Position numbers and translations under genes: made by a program. Below, one piece after another: positions 1 to 19,804 of a stretch of DNA of 64,000 nt. Positions within the stretch are counted from its first letter, which is position 1. The number at the start of each line of letters is the position of its first letter. This DNA is from the human T2T-CHM13v2.0 reference genome, Homo sapiens: assembly GCF_009914755.1 (NCBI RefSeq), contig NC_060934.1. One strand, 5' to 3'. Below the pieces are notes generated by a model. It worked only from the letters and a program-made list of their open reading frames with translations, ran no database searches and was not told the origin of the DNA.

Positions 1-467
1 TTTTATAGAACAAAGGCAGCACTTCCAGATCAAAGAGCCCGGTTTATTTTTTGTAATAAAGAAATTTCACATTACTTCTCAGACTTTTGGCTAAGATCAA
101 ACATAGAAATTTCACTCTGTCATCTTGCATTTAAAAATAAAATTGCCCTGCAGACACAGCTCATTTGCAGACCAACACTTGGTGACCTTCTTTGTTTGAA
201 ATCCAAATACAAGGAACCCAAGTTTTGGTTCATTTCCTGTCTTAGCTGAGCAAAGTCAGGGATTCTAAAGAACTTCCGTGGGAGAGCTGGGCTGCGCTTG
301 TGCAGTTCCCTGGTGCTGAGCCCGCTGTGAGCCAGACTCCTAAGGGGATGGTGGACTCCTTCAGTCTACTGTCCTGCTGGGAGCACTGGTGCTACAAACA
401 AAGGCTTAAACCAAGAGGAAAGGAGAAGGAGCCTTGGGTGGCAGGGATTTTCTCGCCAGCAGGTTTA

Positions 468-802
<335 letters not shown>

Positions 803-986
803 TTACTTTATAAATACTAACAAATGGTGTGGCGCTGATCTCTTTAAGTTTACTCTTTTTACTTGAATGAACCACAGTATTTTTTTTTTCCTAAAGGCCT
901 GGCAGAAGGGGTAACACAAGAGGACCCATTTAATATTTTGGCTCTTGGAATGGAATCAACATATGAAATTGTCTTTTATCTGCCAG

Positions 987-2161
<1,175 letters not shown>

Positions 2162-2778
2162 AGGGTCTAGCTTAGGAGAAACGACAGTATGAAGAAAGAT
2201 GCCCTGATCTTTCCAATTCAGAGGCTACTCCAGATAGCCCATCAATGAGGGCTGCCTTGTGCAGGCCAGAAAGCGCCTAGTGCCTTTCCCACACAGATAC
2301 AAATGCTGGTGACAATAGTCATCGGCAGCGGAGGTCTGAGGGAAATGGGTGGGACCACTCAGTTCTGCCCCTGATGGTGTTACTGGTGCTGGCCTGTGTC
2401 CTCTGTGTTTCGTGGTTTTTTGTTTGTTTTTTTTTGTCATCACTGCTGTGGAAGCAAAGGGAGCCATGGATGTTCTTGAGCCACTGCAGCGCTCCCGCAG
2501 GGCTGAGTGTCCAAAGCCAAGTAGAATGCTCAGGGTGCCGCTAGGAAGAGGGCGATGGGCAGAGCATGCTGCTGATGTGCTGGGGCCATCTCAGTCTTGT
2601 CACCAAGAGGAAGCCACCTAACCCTCACTGGAAACTCACAACTACTTAGTCAAAAAATGGGCCAAAACATTCATAATGGGTGCATAAGCAGGGGCAGGGG
2701 CGGAGGTCAGGCTGAGCAAGATGAGAAGTCAGGTGGGACTGGGCAGGACAGGCAGGGAGGGTGCTGCTGCAGGTGTAA

Positions 2779-3249
<471 letters not shown>

Positions 3250-4039
3250 TAAGGGGCCCCTCCCTTCCTGGGACACATGCCGAGACTGTGCCTTGGTCAT
3301 GCATCTTACGGCTGAGGAAGGGACAGAGACTTTTAGCATCACGTCATCCTGGGAAAACACTGAGAGGGGGTCCGACTCAGCTGCATGAGAGGACTGATTG
3401 TCTTGTAGGCCCTCCCTCCCTGAGCCCTCAGCCCCAACCCCACCTAGACTGGCACCTGATGGCCCTGAATGACTGGCAACCCATGTCAGAGACCAAGGAC
3501 AATGCGGGCTATGCTGAAGAGAAGCAATTGCTTAGAGGACCTGGGGCTGTTTGGGGACAAGATGGGGCCGGGGTTAGGGGAGACAGTGAAGGAGGTTCCA
3601 GTCGAAAGCCATGCCCATGAGACTGGTGCTGAGAGCAGAGCCCGGTGGTGGCACCTTTGGGAGGTGAGGAGACACACAGAGGAGAGCAGAGGGGCCACTC
3701 CTTGAGCCAAACAGCCTGGAGACACTGTATGGGGTGGAAGCCACAAACCTGAAGCAAAGCCCTGGGACATTCTGCTGGAGCCGGCATGTGCTTTTTGTGC
3801 TCACCGTGAGGTTGTTCAGTAAAGGGTTGGTTCACCCTTCCCCTCTACCTTGAAGGGCATTTCATAAACAATTGCAATGTCCCAATTCAGGCAGCCCCAC
3901 CTGCCTCTCGGGGCCCCTGTCTGGGTGGGCAGGGAGCTACAGGCTTGTGATCAATGGCAGGGTTTCTCCAGACACTCTCCTGTGTGTCTTTAGCAGCCTC
4001 CCCCTGGGGGTGGCTGGGCCTTCAGAAGGGTCAGCTTAC

Positions 4040-4127
4040 CTCCCATGCCTGGCACGCTGGGCCCGCTCAGGTCATTTGGATGTGGAGCAGAAGGCGGATC
4101 ATAGCCGATCACCAAGTCAATGGTGGC
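4040..4127 (-). CDS. MYOF: Myoferlin exon 5 (88 nt, ATIDLVIGYDPPSAPHPNDLSGPSVPGMG + 1 nt)
   Basis: Acceptor tttctacccag|GCC, donor GAG|gtaagc; phase 0->1; gene continues beyond position 1. Confidence 0.97.
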
Positions 4128-4575
4128 CTGGGTAGAAATAATTCGTTGCAAATATTATCAGTGCAGGGCACCAGCATGTTATAGACTCAATGCAAGTGAC
4201 TTCAGCAGGAGCCAAAGTCTTGGAAGGGGTAAGAGAGAGGGAGTAGGTAAGCGAGGCTGGAAACGGGGAGAGGGACACAAGCTCGACTGTTCCTATCCTC
4301 CCACTGACAGCCAAGGCAGGGTGGGGAAGTAGCTCCCTGTCACAGGTTGCCAAGTGTATCCTTGCTAAGGGGCCACCTCATCAACAGAGTAAAGTTGTGA
4401 CAAGCAGGTGTGAATTGTCACACACCTCCATCCTAGACTGGAGATGCCCTCCCATCACAGAATTACAATTACAGAGGGTCACTGTAAATGATTAATTTAT
4501 TTGTTTGCTCATTGCTTATTTCATTATGAATTGCTGAGATTTATTTTCATGCTTCTTTTTAAAGAAGAATTTTAG

Positions 4576-5556
<981 letters not shown>

Positions 5557-6080
5557 TCATAAAATAGGATAAAAAAAGGAGAATTGAATCTGGCTAAAGA
5601 GGAAACAAATATGCAAACCATAAAGTTAAATATAATTGCCATTTCTGTTGCATAATCTGTGACCTCCGAAATGCCTAGAGCCAAATGAAAAGGGAAACTG
5701 AAAACATTATGTAGCTTTCACTACCAACAGAAGGAAACATACTAGTTCCTTACAAGAGACAATGTTATTCCTACTTATAAGAGCTGAGATCAATTTCTCA
5801 CATGGAGCATTATTTTAGGGCAGAGTTTGCTGTATACAGTACTTTTTAATTTCATGGACCCACAAAATTTCAAACAATTTGCTAGGGGAAATCGACATTG
5901 GGTTGCTAACTTGTATTTTGCCAAACACCTGCCCACAACTATCATCTACTATCACAATCATTTTATAAAAGAGAGGCATTTTAACACCAAAAATGAGAAG
6001 AGACAAACCTCAGAATAAAGGGAGTCCTTTGCAAATAAGGATGGCACACACGTACACACACACATATGCACACACACACA

Positions 6081-6535
<455 letters not shown>

Positions 6536-6572
<37 letters not shown>
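6536..6572. repeat. (AC)~18 microsatellite
   Basis: Direct read. Confidence 0.95.
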
Positions 6573-6574
<2 letters not shown>

Positions 6575-6959
6575 GCATTGCCCTTTTTCCATTTTTCTGT
6601 TCATCAGTGAATACTCCCTCATATACTGGCACATCGTGTGTCTTGGAACTACTGCTCTGGAAGGGACTGAACAGGATAAGGAATATGACCGTAGCCACAG
6701 TTTCACAGCACACAAAGAATCATAAGAGCAGCATCTCATGGCTGAACGCAGGGAGCACTGAAGGGCTTAGTTGCTAAACTGAATCTAAGAATCAAACTTT
6801 TCAAACCTAGAAGAACACACAGACAACCACCCCCTTGATCTGTGGTTTTCATGCTGTGTTCTATAACCTCAGGATTCCCAGAGGTGCTCCAGGGACCCCC
6901 AAAAGGGTAAGAGGAATTACAGGGGGCAGGGCTTGAGGCCATTTACTTTCCTTACTCCA

Positions 6960-7381
6960 TGATATGGTTCAGATGTTTGTTGCCTCCAAATCTCATGTTG
7001 AAATGTGACCTCCAATAGTGGAGTTGGGCCCTGGTGGGAGTTTTTGGGTCATGGGGGCGGATCCCTCACGAAGGGCTTGGTGCCATTCTTGCAGTAATGA
7101 GTGAGTTCTCATTCTATTAGTTATTGCAAGGTCTGGTTATTAAAAAGGGTCTGGCCCCTTCCCCCTCTTCTCTCTTGCTCCCTTTCTCACTATGTGTCAC
7201 GCCTGCTTCCTCTCCACCTTCCCCCACGAGTAAAAGCTTCCTGAGGCCTCACCAGAAGCTGAGCAGATATCGGTGCCATGCTTGTACAGCCTGCAGAACT
7301 GTGAGCCAAATAAACCTCTTTTCTTTATAAATTACCCAGCCTCAGGTATTCCTTTATAGCAGTGCCAAATGGACTAACACA
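6960..7381 (+). mobile_element. Solo MaLR LTR, MSTB-like
   Basis: tgatatggtt...ggactaacaca termini, 5-bp TSD ctcca (6955-6959, 7382-7386), AATAAA present. Confidence 0.9.
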
Positions 7382-7844
7382 CTCCACTGAATCACAACAG
7401 TTCTGCCATTCTAGGGGTCTACATATGCTTTCTTCTGTGCTTTAAAAAAAGAAGGCAGAAAAATCATTGACTTATACCATCTTTCCTCAGAATCATTTCT
7501 CTCAGCTAGGTTTTGGGTAAACAGATGATAGCCAACATTTTAAATGTGTGTTTTGATTACAATGCTGATTTGTGGCAAATCTATAAGTTTTAGAGACCAG
7601 ATCAGCAAAACTGCCTTTCTCTCATATGGCTGTTGAGAGCCTAGCTTTGCTTACAGGGACTGCATCTTTTAATGTAAATTTCTCTCCCTTTGCCCAGGCT
7701 CCCAAGAAAAATAAATTGATTGGAAAATGAAGGGGTTGGAAGTTATGGGCCAAGTACAGTATCTTTATGAGTGCTTCTTATTAATTATATGAAATCTGGG
7801 ACTTGCGACACTTGAGTCATTTTTTTTTAAAGCACATGCACTAG

Positions 7845-8100
<256 letters not shown>

Positions 8101-8971
8101 TAGCCAGGATGGTCTGGATCTCCTGACCTCAAGATCCGCCCGCCTCAGCCTCCCAAAGTGCTGGGATTACAGGCGTGAGCCACCGCGCCCAGCAAGATGT
8201 ACTTATTGAGAGAGGCTGTGACCAGAAAACATCCAGCACCCAATGTAATAAAGATTATGAGGCCAGGCGTGGTGGCTCATGCCTGTAATCCCAGCACTTT
8301 GGTAGGTCGAAGTGGGAGGATCACCTGAGGTCAGGAGTTCGAGACCAGCCTAACCAATATGGTGAAACTCCATCTCTACTAAAAACATAAAAATTAACTG
8401 GGCATGGTGGCACGTGCCTATAATCCCAGCTACTCAGGAGGCTGAGGTAGAAGAATCACTTGAACCCAGGAGGCAGAGGTTGCAGTGAGCCGAGATCATG
8501 CCACTGCCCTCCAGCCTGGGTGACGGAGTGAGACTCCATCTCAAAAAAAAAAAAAAAAAAAGATTATGATATTACAGTCTTCATATTCCAAGCTTATGTC
8601 AATGAACTGCCTTCTACAGAATGTTTCAAAGAATATCTGACACACAGAATTATACATAACCACACAAATGTTAACACCAACATGGCTAAGCACAGAGCTA
8701 CACCTAGAGGGGGTCACCCTCACTCTATAGAATTATCTCATAGAAAATCAAATCTATCAAATTTGCTAGTTTTGTGATTGAAAGTATAAAATAAGGTCCA
8801 TGTCGTTTGCAAACGGGCCCAGTTTTTTATTTAAAGCACACACACTTGAGAAAGATCACCAGAAAAATCTCAAAACCAGATTTTTTGTGTGTGTGGTTAG
8901 CTAATTACCAATTGATACCTTTTCCTTTTCTTTTCTTTTTTCTTTTTTACCAATTGGTTCTGACAATTTAG

Positions 8972-9477
<506 letters not shown>

Positions 9478-9692
9478 CTGCAGGGAAAACAGGAAAGCAC
9501 ATAGCAGCCTAAGTAGGAGATAGGCTTCCAATGACTCAGGACCTCTCAACCCCTACCTCTTCATCTGTTAAATCATTGAAGTCACTATAATGAGATGTGG
9601 GCCATTTTGCTATTAGCCTCGCAGGGCATTTTGGCAGTAAACATATCTGCCATCACTTCTCCATTACAAGAGTCAAACTCTGGTGCCTATGA

Positions 9693-9935
<243 letters not shown>

Positions 9936-11137
9936 TGACCTCAGGTGATCTGCCCACCTCAGCTTCCCAAAGTGCTGGGATTACAGGCGTGAGTCACCAC
10001 TCTCAGCCTGAAATTTCAACAGTCATGAATGAGATAGAGGGGCAAGAGGTAAAGACTGAATAGAGTGGCCAGACACAGTGGCTTATGCCTGAAATCCCAG
10101 CACTTTGGGAGGCTGAGGTAGAAGGATCAATTGAGTCCAGGAGTTTGAGACCAGCCTGGGCAAGATCATGAGACCCCATCTCTACAAAAAGTTAAAAAAT
10201 TAATGGGGTGTGATGATGCATGCCTGTAATCCCAGCTACATGGAAGAATAAGATGGGAAGCTCACTTGAACCCAGGAGGTTGAGCTTGCAGTGAGCTATG
10301 ATTGTATCACTGTACCCAGGCTGGGCGACAGAGTGAGACCTTGTCTCAAAAAAAAAGAAAAAGAAAAAAGAAAGACTAAATATAGCACCCCACTACCCCC
10401 CGCCAGAATCCAGGAAGAGAGAAAAGTAGGACAAAATTCAGTAAGAGAGGAAGGCATTTCTCTGTAATAGAAATGTAAAAGGACCCATAAATCTTTGCCC
10501 ACTGTGAAAATATCCCCCCAAGTAGACCTTCTAGGGTTGTAAATAGGTTGCTAGTTCACTGATAGGGTTAGCTTGCTGTCCCCTGTTTGATGGTGCAGCA
10601 TTCAAACGTTCAGTGTGTGTACTTCTCTCTTCCTAGAACTTGGTGGATAATATCAGCCTCTGCCACTTACCCATCTATCTCCTATCATACCTAACATATT
10701 GGTACAGAAGTACCCTCATGTCTCTGCTCATGAGGAAAGCCCCCTCGACTCAGGGATTCTTGCCTGTTTTACTCACTACTCTAACACAGTACCAGATTAT
10801 AGTAGATACTTAACAGCAGGTTCCTGAATGAAGGAAAGAATAAATAAGTCTACATATATTGAGAATTAATACTCAAAACATTTTTATAGTTGGGGAACAT
10901 GATCAAAAACACATATAGAACACACATTAGCCAGTCTATATAAAAATGTAACCTGTGAAAAAGAGCCTGTAAATTGGGGTTATAACATGAAACATGAATG
11001 AGAGTAGGTAAAGCGAGGAAGTTCCTTGTGTGAAATCCAATCAGAAAGACAAGAGAGTCACATGCTTTCAGTATGTATCCCGAAAACGGACAGAAGAAAT
11101 ATTTAGAATGTTTTATTTATTTATTTATTTATTTTGA

Positions 11138-11356
<219 letters not shown>

Positions 11357-12050
11357 TGATCCACCTGCCTCAGCCTCTCAAAGTGCTGGGATTACAGGCG
11401 TGAGCCGCCGCGCCTGGCCCAATATTTAGAATTTTTAACTGTTACTTATATCCTGTCTACATCGGCACTGACTTGTACTAGCAGATAACATAGAAAATCA
11501 TTAGCATAAAAATAGAAAGCTAAACATTGAGTCCTTAAAGTGATAGAAGAGATTCCTTATGCCAAAATATCCGGGTGAGGAAACTGTAATTGAACATTTC
11601 TATGTAACTCTGGGCTTTTGGGCAAACATGATAATCAGGAAAATTCATCTTGTGGAAATGCATTTTATTTTAAAATATAATACAGTATATTTAAAAATTA
11701 GAAAGTAAAAGTTGTTTCTCAGAGGTGCTCCGGGTACGCCACATGGCAGCATAGGCACATCTTTTGGAAGTGATAGATGTTAGCAGCAACTGTATTATTC
11801 TCCCCAATCCTCTTCAGTCTTCAGAAATAGGACTAGATTTTAACGCTGGGGTCTGTAACCCAACCACATAGGTCCAGAGACTTGGCAATATTAATAAGTG
11901 CCTTCACTTTCTATGAATAGGATATTGCACAAGACCAGGAAATTGCTATAGCACCCTGTTTCACCCAATTTACCCAATGACAGGAGCCCCCTGTACATGG
12001 TTTCTTGGAAAAGTGCACTTTCTTGTAAAGAACACCACACAAGACGATCA

Positions 12051-12239
<189 letters not shown>

Positions 12240-13267
12240 TTAGCCAGGTGTGGTGGTGCGCACCTGTAATCCCAGCTACTTGGGAGGCTGAGGCAGGAGA
12301 ATCACTTGAACCGTGAGGCAGAGGTTGCAGTGAGCCAAGATCAGGCCACTGCACTCCAGCCTGGGCAACAGAGCAAGACCCTGTCTCAAAAAAAAAAAAA
12401 AAACAAAAAAGAATCTGTAGTTGGCAATGGAAAAGAAAATTTTTGCCTCCAGAGGGACAATAGGGAACTTTTCAGCCCTTTTTGGTCAATACAGAAATTA
12501 ATTCTCAGTCAATGCTGAGAATTGGTGGGAATTTTCTCCTGTTTTGTTGTTGTTATTGCTTTTCCTGCTGCTGTCATACATTTAACTTCTACATGTTACA
12601 AAACCATAATTTATTGTTATTATTTTTTTCTCAAAACAATAAATTATCTTTTAAGGAAATTTTAAAAATAAAACTATCTTTTACATTAACAGAAAAAAAG
12701 ATTGGATGGGAATTTTACAGAGTATGTTTTTAGATCAGTATGTTTTTTAGGCTTTTTTACAGGAGTATTTTTTTTCTCCTTACTTAGATTTTTATTCCCG
12801 TGACATACTGAAGACACCCATTACTCCATCTCCACCAGACAAAACAGATGAGCCTCCAAACAAGGTGAAAGCCCCGAAAATCTCTTCCACATCTCTCTCA
12901 GCCACACAGCACGAGTATTAAGGAGAATTTATTTCCATGGTTTTTAAGTCATGAAATCAGCAAATTGAGTTTTCAAGAAAATCAAAACGTAAAAACTAGA
13001 GGTTTAAAAGTCATCCAACTGGTATTAAATGTCTAAATGCGATGAAAGATGTGGAAACAAACTGGACTTCATTCCTTGCAATTTCATAATTCATAGCCTA
13101 ACCCTAGGACTAAGACAGCAACACTGCACACTTGAATATGTACTGATTTGCTTCTGCTAAAGTCAAAATGACCTGAATCTCTGTCATCAATAAACAAATC
13201 TTAGAACAAACAGTGCAACATGCTGGGACAATGCTGAAGTAGAAAGAGGGCCAGCCTGGGGTTGGAC

Positions 13268-13430
13268 CAGCGTGTCTCGACCTCAGCACTACTGACATTT
13301 TGAACCCGTTAATTATTTTTATGGGAGGCTATACTGTTCAGCTAGATACCATTTGTGATCATCAAAAACTTCGAGGCACATTGCCAGTTGTTCCCTGGAG
13401 GGCAAAACTGCCCCAGGTTGAAAACAACTC
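13268..13430. mobile_element. MER20 (hAT-Charlie) fragment
   Basis: acctcagcactactgacattttg and agggcaaaactgccccaggttgaaaacaact ends. Confidence 0.75.
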
Positions 13431-15877
13431 CTGTTCTATTCATAACTCTGTGTCCCCACTTTCTTGAAGTACTTGGCTAAGTCACCCAACTCTTCGTTAT
13501 TTGCAAACAAGTGGATTGAAGCAAAAAATTTCTCAAATGCTTTCCAGCTCTAACAATCTGTTGCTAGGCTTGTATATGTGATGCTTTCTATATATGTCTA
13601 CAGGAAACTATCTAATGTTAAATATTTCTTTTCTGGCCAGGTGCAGTGGCTCACACCTGTCATCTCACCACTTTGGGAAGCTGAGGTAGGAGGATCACTT
13701 GAGTCCAAGGAGCTCCAGACCAGCCTTGGCACACACAAAAAATGAAAAATTAGCTGGTTGTAGTGGCTCACACCAGTAGCCCCAGCTACTTGGGAGGCTG
13801 AGTGAGTCGTGAATGTTCCATTGCATTTCAGCCTGGGCAACAGAGCAAGACCTTGTCTCAAAAATAATAATAATAATAATAATAAATTATTTTCTCTCTC
13901 TTTTTTTTTAAAGTCCTACTCTCTAATTTAGAGGGAAAAAAATCTCCTAGAACATGTTCGTGTTAGACCATCTAGAATGCTAGGCAGGGTTTCTGCCTTC
14001 AAAGAGATTGTCTTATAATGTCGTGAATCAAACTAGAATTCACACAAGAGTGTCAGGAGAGAAGGTTAGGCCAATAACAGAAATGTGGAATGCAACTCGT
14101 GCTATGTAATACAATAGTGGGGCTTATGGTTAACTGGAAAGAGCAGGCTTACCTAAAACACAAAGCCTTCCTGCTGACCTTTTATGGCCTTGAGTGGTTT
14201 TACAACCTCCATTCTGACCCAATCAGTATCCGCTAGTTTCCCTTCCCCCAGAGAGGGTAGTAACAGATCACTGACCAGGAAGGGAGTAAAATAACAGAAA
14301 CCAATTATAAAGGCTAACCTCAATTTCTTCTTTTAGAAATCTTTAGTTCCATATCCTATTTGGAAAGAAAGATTTGCTTTCTCCTAAAATTCTGATGCTT
14401 TTGTAGGGGGGACACATAAAAGAAAACTGGATTTATTTATTTATTATTTTTTTCTGAAGTAAAGATAGTGTGTTTAGATGACGGCCTGCAAAGACTTTAA
14501 TCCCAAAAACATTTTTACAACAAGCTGACTTCAGGAAAAATTCAAACAGAACTTCTAGGAGTTTTCATTGTGAATTGAAGAAAATACGCCCCATGGATAA
14601 GTCTGAGCTCTGCAGTGACTCCCAGAGCACTCCTGGCTGGGCCTATTTTCTGTGACGTTGCCTGGATACAAAATACTGTGAAAAACTGGGAAATGATGAC
14701 TTGGCCTCTTACACAGGGGATAAGAACAGTTTGGTCTGACCATAAGCCAATTTCCTTTAAAGGAGGTGACACTAAACCAAGAGTCTTTTTTCTTTTCTAT
14801 TACTAATGCTATAAAAATGCTAGAATATTATAGTGTGACAGTGAGGGGGAAGCCTTGCTCTATATTTTCATGGAAAAGTAAGTCTCCCCATGAACTCCAA
14901 CCAACACTAAAACAGGACTACTGTCTCAAAAGGAAATTTTTTAGTGAAAGAATCTCGACGTCCTCTGGCCCTCCAGCTTTCCTTGTGGAATTAATAAACT
15001 GCAGATGTCTTCAAAGTGAAGAAAAAGCCAGTCATGCTCCTTTGTCTTTCAGCCCACGAATGTCATAGAGTTTGGAGTCGAGTCTCTATGTGACATCAAA
15101 TATTACACAATGGGAGCAACTACTTGAAAATGAGATGTTATGATTGGGGGAATGAAAGAGTTTAATTGTAAACCAGTCAACTTAGTCTTGCAAGTATTGG
15201 TTAAGAGCCGCTTAAACTGTTTTTTTTTTCTTCTTTCTTCTTCTTCTTAAAATAGACAGAGTATAGTTTGTTTACAAAAGAGAAATGGAAAATGTTCTCC
15301 CCTTTAGCACGGCGCAAATGTGAAGGGCCGCATGCCTCTGGAGTGAGTAAGGGCTTTGCCGGCTGACTCTTACTCAGGGGAGCTCACGTATACGAAGTTG
15401 TTCCTCTATGCAGCAGAGACACAGCCCACATGATTTCTGGAGGAGGAGTAACTTGGAAATTCCTTCATGAAGGAAGGAAAAAATGTGTTGGAGGCTGAGA
15501 AATAAATCACATGTTGCACTGTTTCTGCCTCTAGAGATCGCAGCACGGTCTCAACTTCCCGACCTCTAAGCAGGAACAGCAATCCCAACCTGACTGGGGA
15601 CAAACACGATTCCAGGCTGCTCCTAGGTCCCCTGTAGGAAACCTAAAAAGATGGTGAGCTTCCCACCCTCGAAGCAGGGGCTCTCAGTTGGCCGTGCCTT
15701 GTCATTTTGGCAGGCCTATGGCCCTGGGGTTCCAAGGCTGGACCCCATCTCCCTCCCCAGCACTTCTCCCTCTCCTGGGCCAGTATCTGTCAAGCTCCTG
15801 CCCTGATCCCCCGCCAAAAGGCAGGAGAGCCAAGGATGCTCCCTGTGAACTAGACTGGTAGGAGACGCCGTGTCAGC

Positions 15878-16333
15878 TGACAAAGAGTCTTTGCTTGGCC
15901 AAACTTGAGTGGAGCTCCTGAGCCTCCTCCTAAGCCTGTGCTTCCTTATGAAATCCAGTGTTAGCAGAGAATCCTACTCGGTCAGTTTAGCAAACAACCC
16001 CCATCCGTGAGATCTGATCACCCTCCATATCTGATCGGGTTTCTCATTCTCTGCCATCCCCCACGTGATGTCCTCAGCAAGAATCCTGTTAGGTTGGGTT
16101 AGCCAGAATCCCCCTGACTGTGACATTTCCTCTTAGGAATTTTCCATCCACTGACCCCCCACACTCCTCCTTGGCTATCAATTCCTACTTGCCCATGCTG
16201 TATCTGAGTGGCACCCCATCTCTCTTCCTTCCCACGAGTCTCCGTTGCAGGGGTCACTTGAGCTAACTCAGTCCTGAATGAAGCCTTCCTGCCCATACTG
16301 TACCAGGTGTCACTGAATAATTCTTTCTCAACA
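15878..16333 (+). mobile_element. Solo ERV1 LTR, MER31-like
   Basis: TGACAAAG...AACA termini; internal repeated agaatcct and atctgatc motifs typical of MER31. Confidence 0.75.
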
Positions 16334-17554
16334 CGCCCATGGCAGCAGCTCGTATCACAGGAAACTATTGCTAAGGTAAAATCCCCGCAAAGGGCTGCGC
16401 CTCGGTTCACCCCTCCACTTGCACTTGCCCGCCCACCCTCACTCGGCCTCCGCATCGTCTCCCAAAACATTTCTCAGAATGTGCTTCCCCAGACGTCCCT
16501 CACCAGGGCGTCTGCAGATTCCCAGATCCCTGAGTCCGACTTTTTCCTTTCGGTAATTCTTAATACCCAGGAAGTCCGAGAAACAATGGTCTAGACAGTG
16601 ACTCCCAATGGCTGTGGGAGTAAAGTGGAGGAGGTAGAGGGCTAGGGATAGGGAAGGCAGAAGGCAACGCGGGATCTGGGGAGAGGGGGGCTTGAGTGGT
16701 TTTGAAAACATTCAGCATGGGAATCCAGGCTCACGTTTGAGAACCACGCATCGAAGTCCAATTATTTAATAGAACAAACTGTAGCAGGCAAACTCCATGA
16801 AAACCTCCTAGGAAGGCCTAGTGACCTGCGCTCCCCCCAGGAACTTCCGCTCCTGACTCCAGGCCAGGACTGCCAGAGAACCTTGCGGCTCTTTTCCTGC
16901 TCATCGAAAGGGGGTGTGGCTTTTTAAAAGGTAGAAACACTGATCCTCAACCGTGATTCCCAAACCTGGCTGGCACAAGTCTCGCCTCTACTTTTAGCTC
17001 ACTCCACGCCCTGGTTTTGGAATCACTGACATAGCCTGAAGGCTGTGGCAGGATTTGCACGATTTTCGTGGCCAGCATCTACTGTGCTCTTTTTCCCAGC
17101 CCCTCCCACCTCTGCAACTCTGGCCACTATGGTATCACTGTTACCTTTGCAGGTAACACCTGCAAAGGGCTGAGTGGAAGCCCAGGTCTCCTCACCAAAG
17201 CCCTCCGGGTCAGTGAGGCATTGAGGCCAGAGTCTGTGGCTGCGAGGAGCAGGCTAACTCCTCTGGCATGGAGGAGATGCTGAATATTATTTCTTGAAGA
17301 AATGGTCACCTGCTATTTTGTTATTTTCACCTGACCAATTCTGTGCCTGCCTGCCTGCCTGCCTGCTCTGATGGTTCAGTGGAGTTCCGATGCTCTGTCT
17401 CCAGTTAATTCCCTCAACCGTTAGAATCAAAGTAGTAGTTTTTTCATCCATCCATTTATTCACTCTTTCATGAACTTGAACCTTGTAAGATAAGGAGGGA
17501 CAGCTTTGCCTGATGACTAGGAACGTGGAGGCAGGCAGGCCTGACTAATTCAGA

Positions 17555-17695
17555 CTCAGGCTGCGTACAGGTTAACTTCTCCGAGCTTCAGTTTCCTCAT
17601 CTATAAAATGGGGATAATGACAGCTCCTACTTAATGGTATTGTTGCAGGGATTAAAAGGATGATATGGCAAGTGCTTAACAGTCACCTTGTATTA
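17555..17695 (+). mobile_element. MIR (other MIR relics near 20080, 21800, 23200, 35220, 37400, 40330, 43030, 44990, 46000, 50930, 59400)
   Basis: cagtttcctcatctataaaatggggataat MIR core. Confidence 0.75.
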
Positions 17696-18154
17696 TTATT
17701 TCAGACACTATGCTAGAAAAAGAGATGTATAAAAAGCATATGAAGACAGGGCTCCTGGCTAGTACTTGGCAGTGAAAGCTGGTCTGAATCAGCAGGGGGC
17801 TGGGCAGGTGGGCATGAATGAATAGATAAGAACCCTTTGTAACTACCCACATCCATTTCTATGTAATCACTATGTAAAGTTCTTAAAACCAGTTCTTTAT
17901 CTTACCTACATTAAATAGCCCTTCCCCACCCTTAATACTACATATACCACAAATCCTTTTGGGAAACAATTTTTCTTTTCAGAGTTAGACCAGAGGTAAA
18001 TGTCAGCTGCAGCTGAATTCTCATAAAATCCAATTTAGTGGAATCTGAATGAAGTCTGTAAACTTCATAACCCATTATAAAAGATTCCCCAGGCTGGGTG
18101 CAGTGGCTCATGCCTGTAATCCCAGCACTTTGTGAGGCCGAGGCAGGTGGATCA

Positions 18155-18415
<261 letters not shown>

Positions 18416-19204
18416 CTAAACCAGCACCCACTCAGACCTCACCCTGCTGTTTTCTCTCCTTTACCTTCCTTTATTTTCTTCGTATCACTTATCACCATCT
18501 GTTATGTCATATGTGTATTTATCTGTTCCCTCTACTCAGATGTTAGCTCCATAAAAGGTATGGAGTACCCCCAGTGTCTAGAGCTGTGTCTGACACATAG
18601 TAGGCATTAGTAAATATTTGTGGCATGAATAAATTAGCTGATACATCATTGAAGATAGTCCAATGACCTTGCAAATTATTTACAGGTTGTAAATCTTCCT
18701 GTCCTAAGAGATCACCCGCCAAAGAGCCATCAGAAGATAATTACAGCTCTTGCCTTTATGAGATGCCTTTCTCTTTCAGCCTCTCTGGGTATCTTTCTCC
18801 AGGGCTGTGGCCCAATCTTATTTAATCACAAGATCTTAACAGATACCAACAGGATTGCAGCAGCTACTTAATCTGCCTTCCAAAAAGTGCAGTTCAGCCT
18901 CTCCCCGTATAGAGACAGCCAGCCCAAACCAGCTCAGATCATTTCAGTGTCATTGCTCTAATACAGAACTAAAAAGAAATCAGAACTGAGAGTTCTGCCC
19001 CACAGTAACATCTGCTTCTAGTTTAGATTTTTGTACAGCCTGAGAAGCTACTCCAGTGAGAAGAACCTGTTTCAATCCATGGGCTATCCTATCCTTCCTC
19101 ACCAACCAACCCCAGGAGAAGAAAGACCACCTTCTCCCACTGTCACATTTACATGGGGCAAGGTCAGAAATGAGCTTTATAACTAGGAGAAATAAAAGTA
19201 ATAA

Positions 19205-19804
<600 letters not shown>

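Noticed and set aside
4044-4046. Met143 as a leaky-scanning start on the linear mRNA
   Set aside because: The first ATG has -3 A and several out-of-frame ATGs intervene in exons 2 and 4
17345-17366. (CCTG)n as a DM2-like toxic repeat
   Set aside because: Only about 5 units, and it reads CAGG on the transcribed strand
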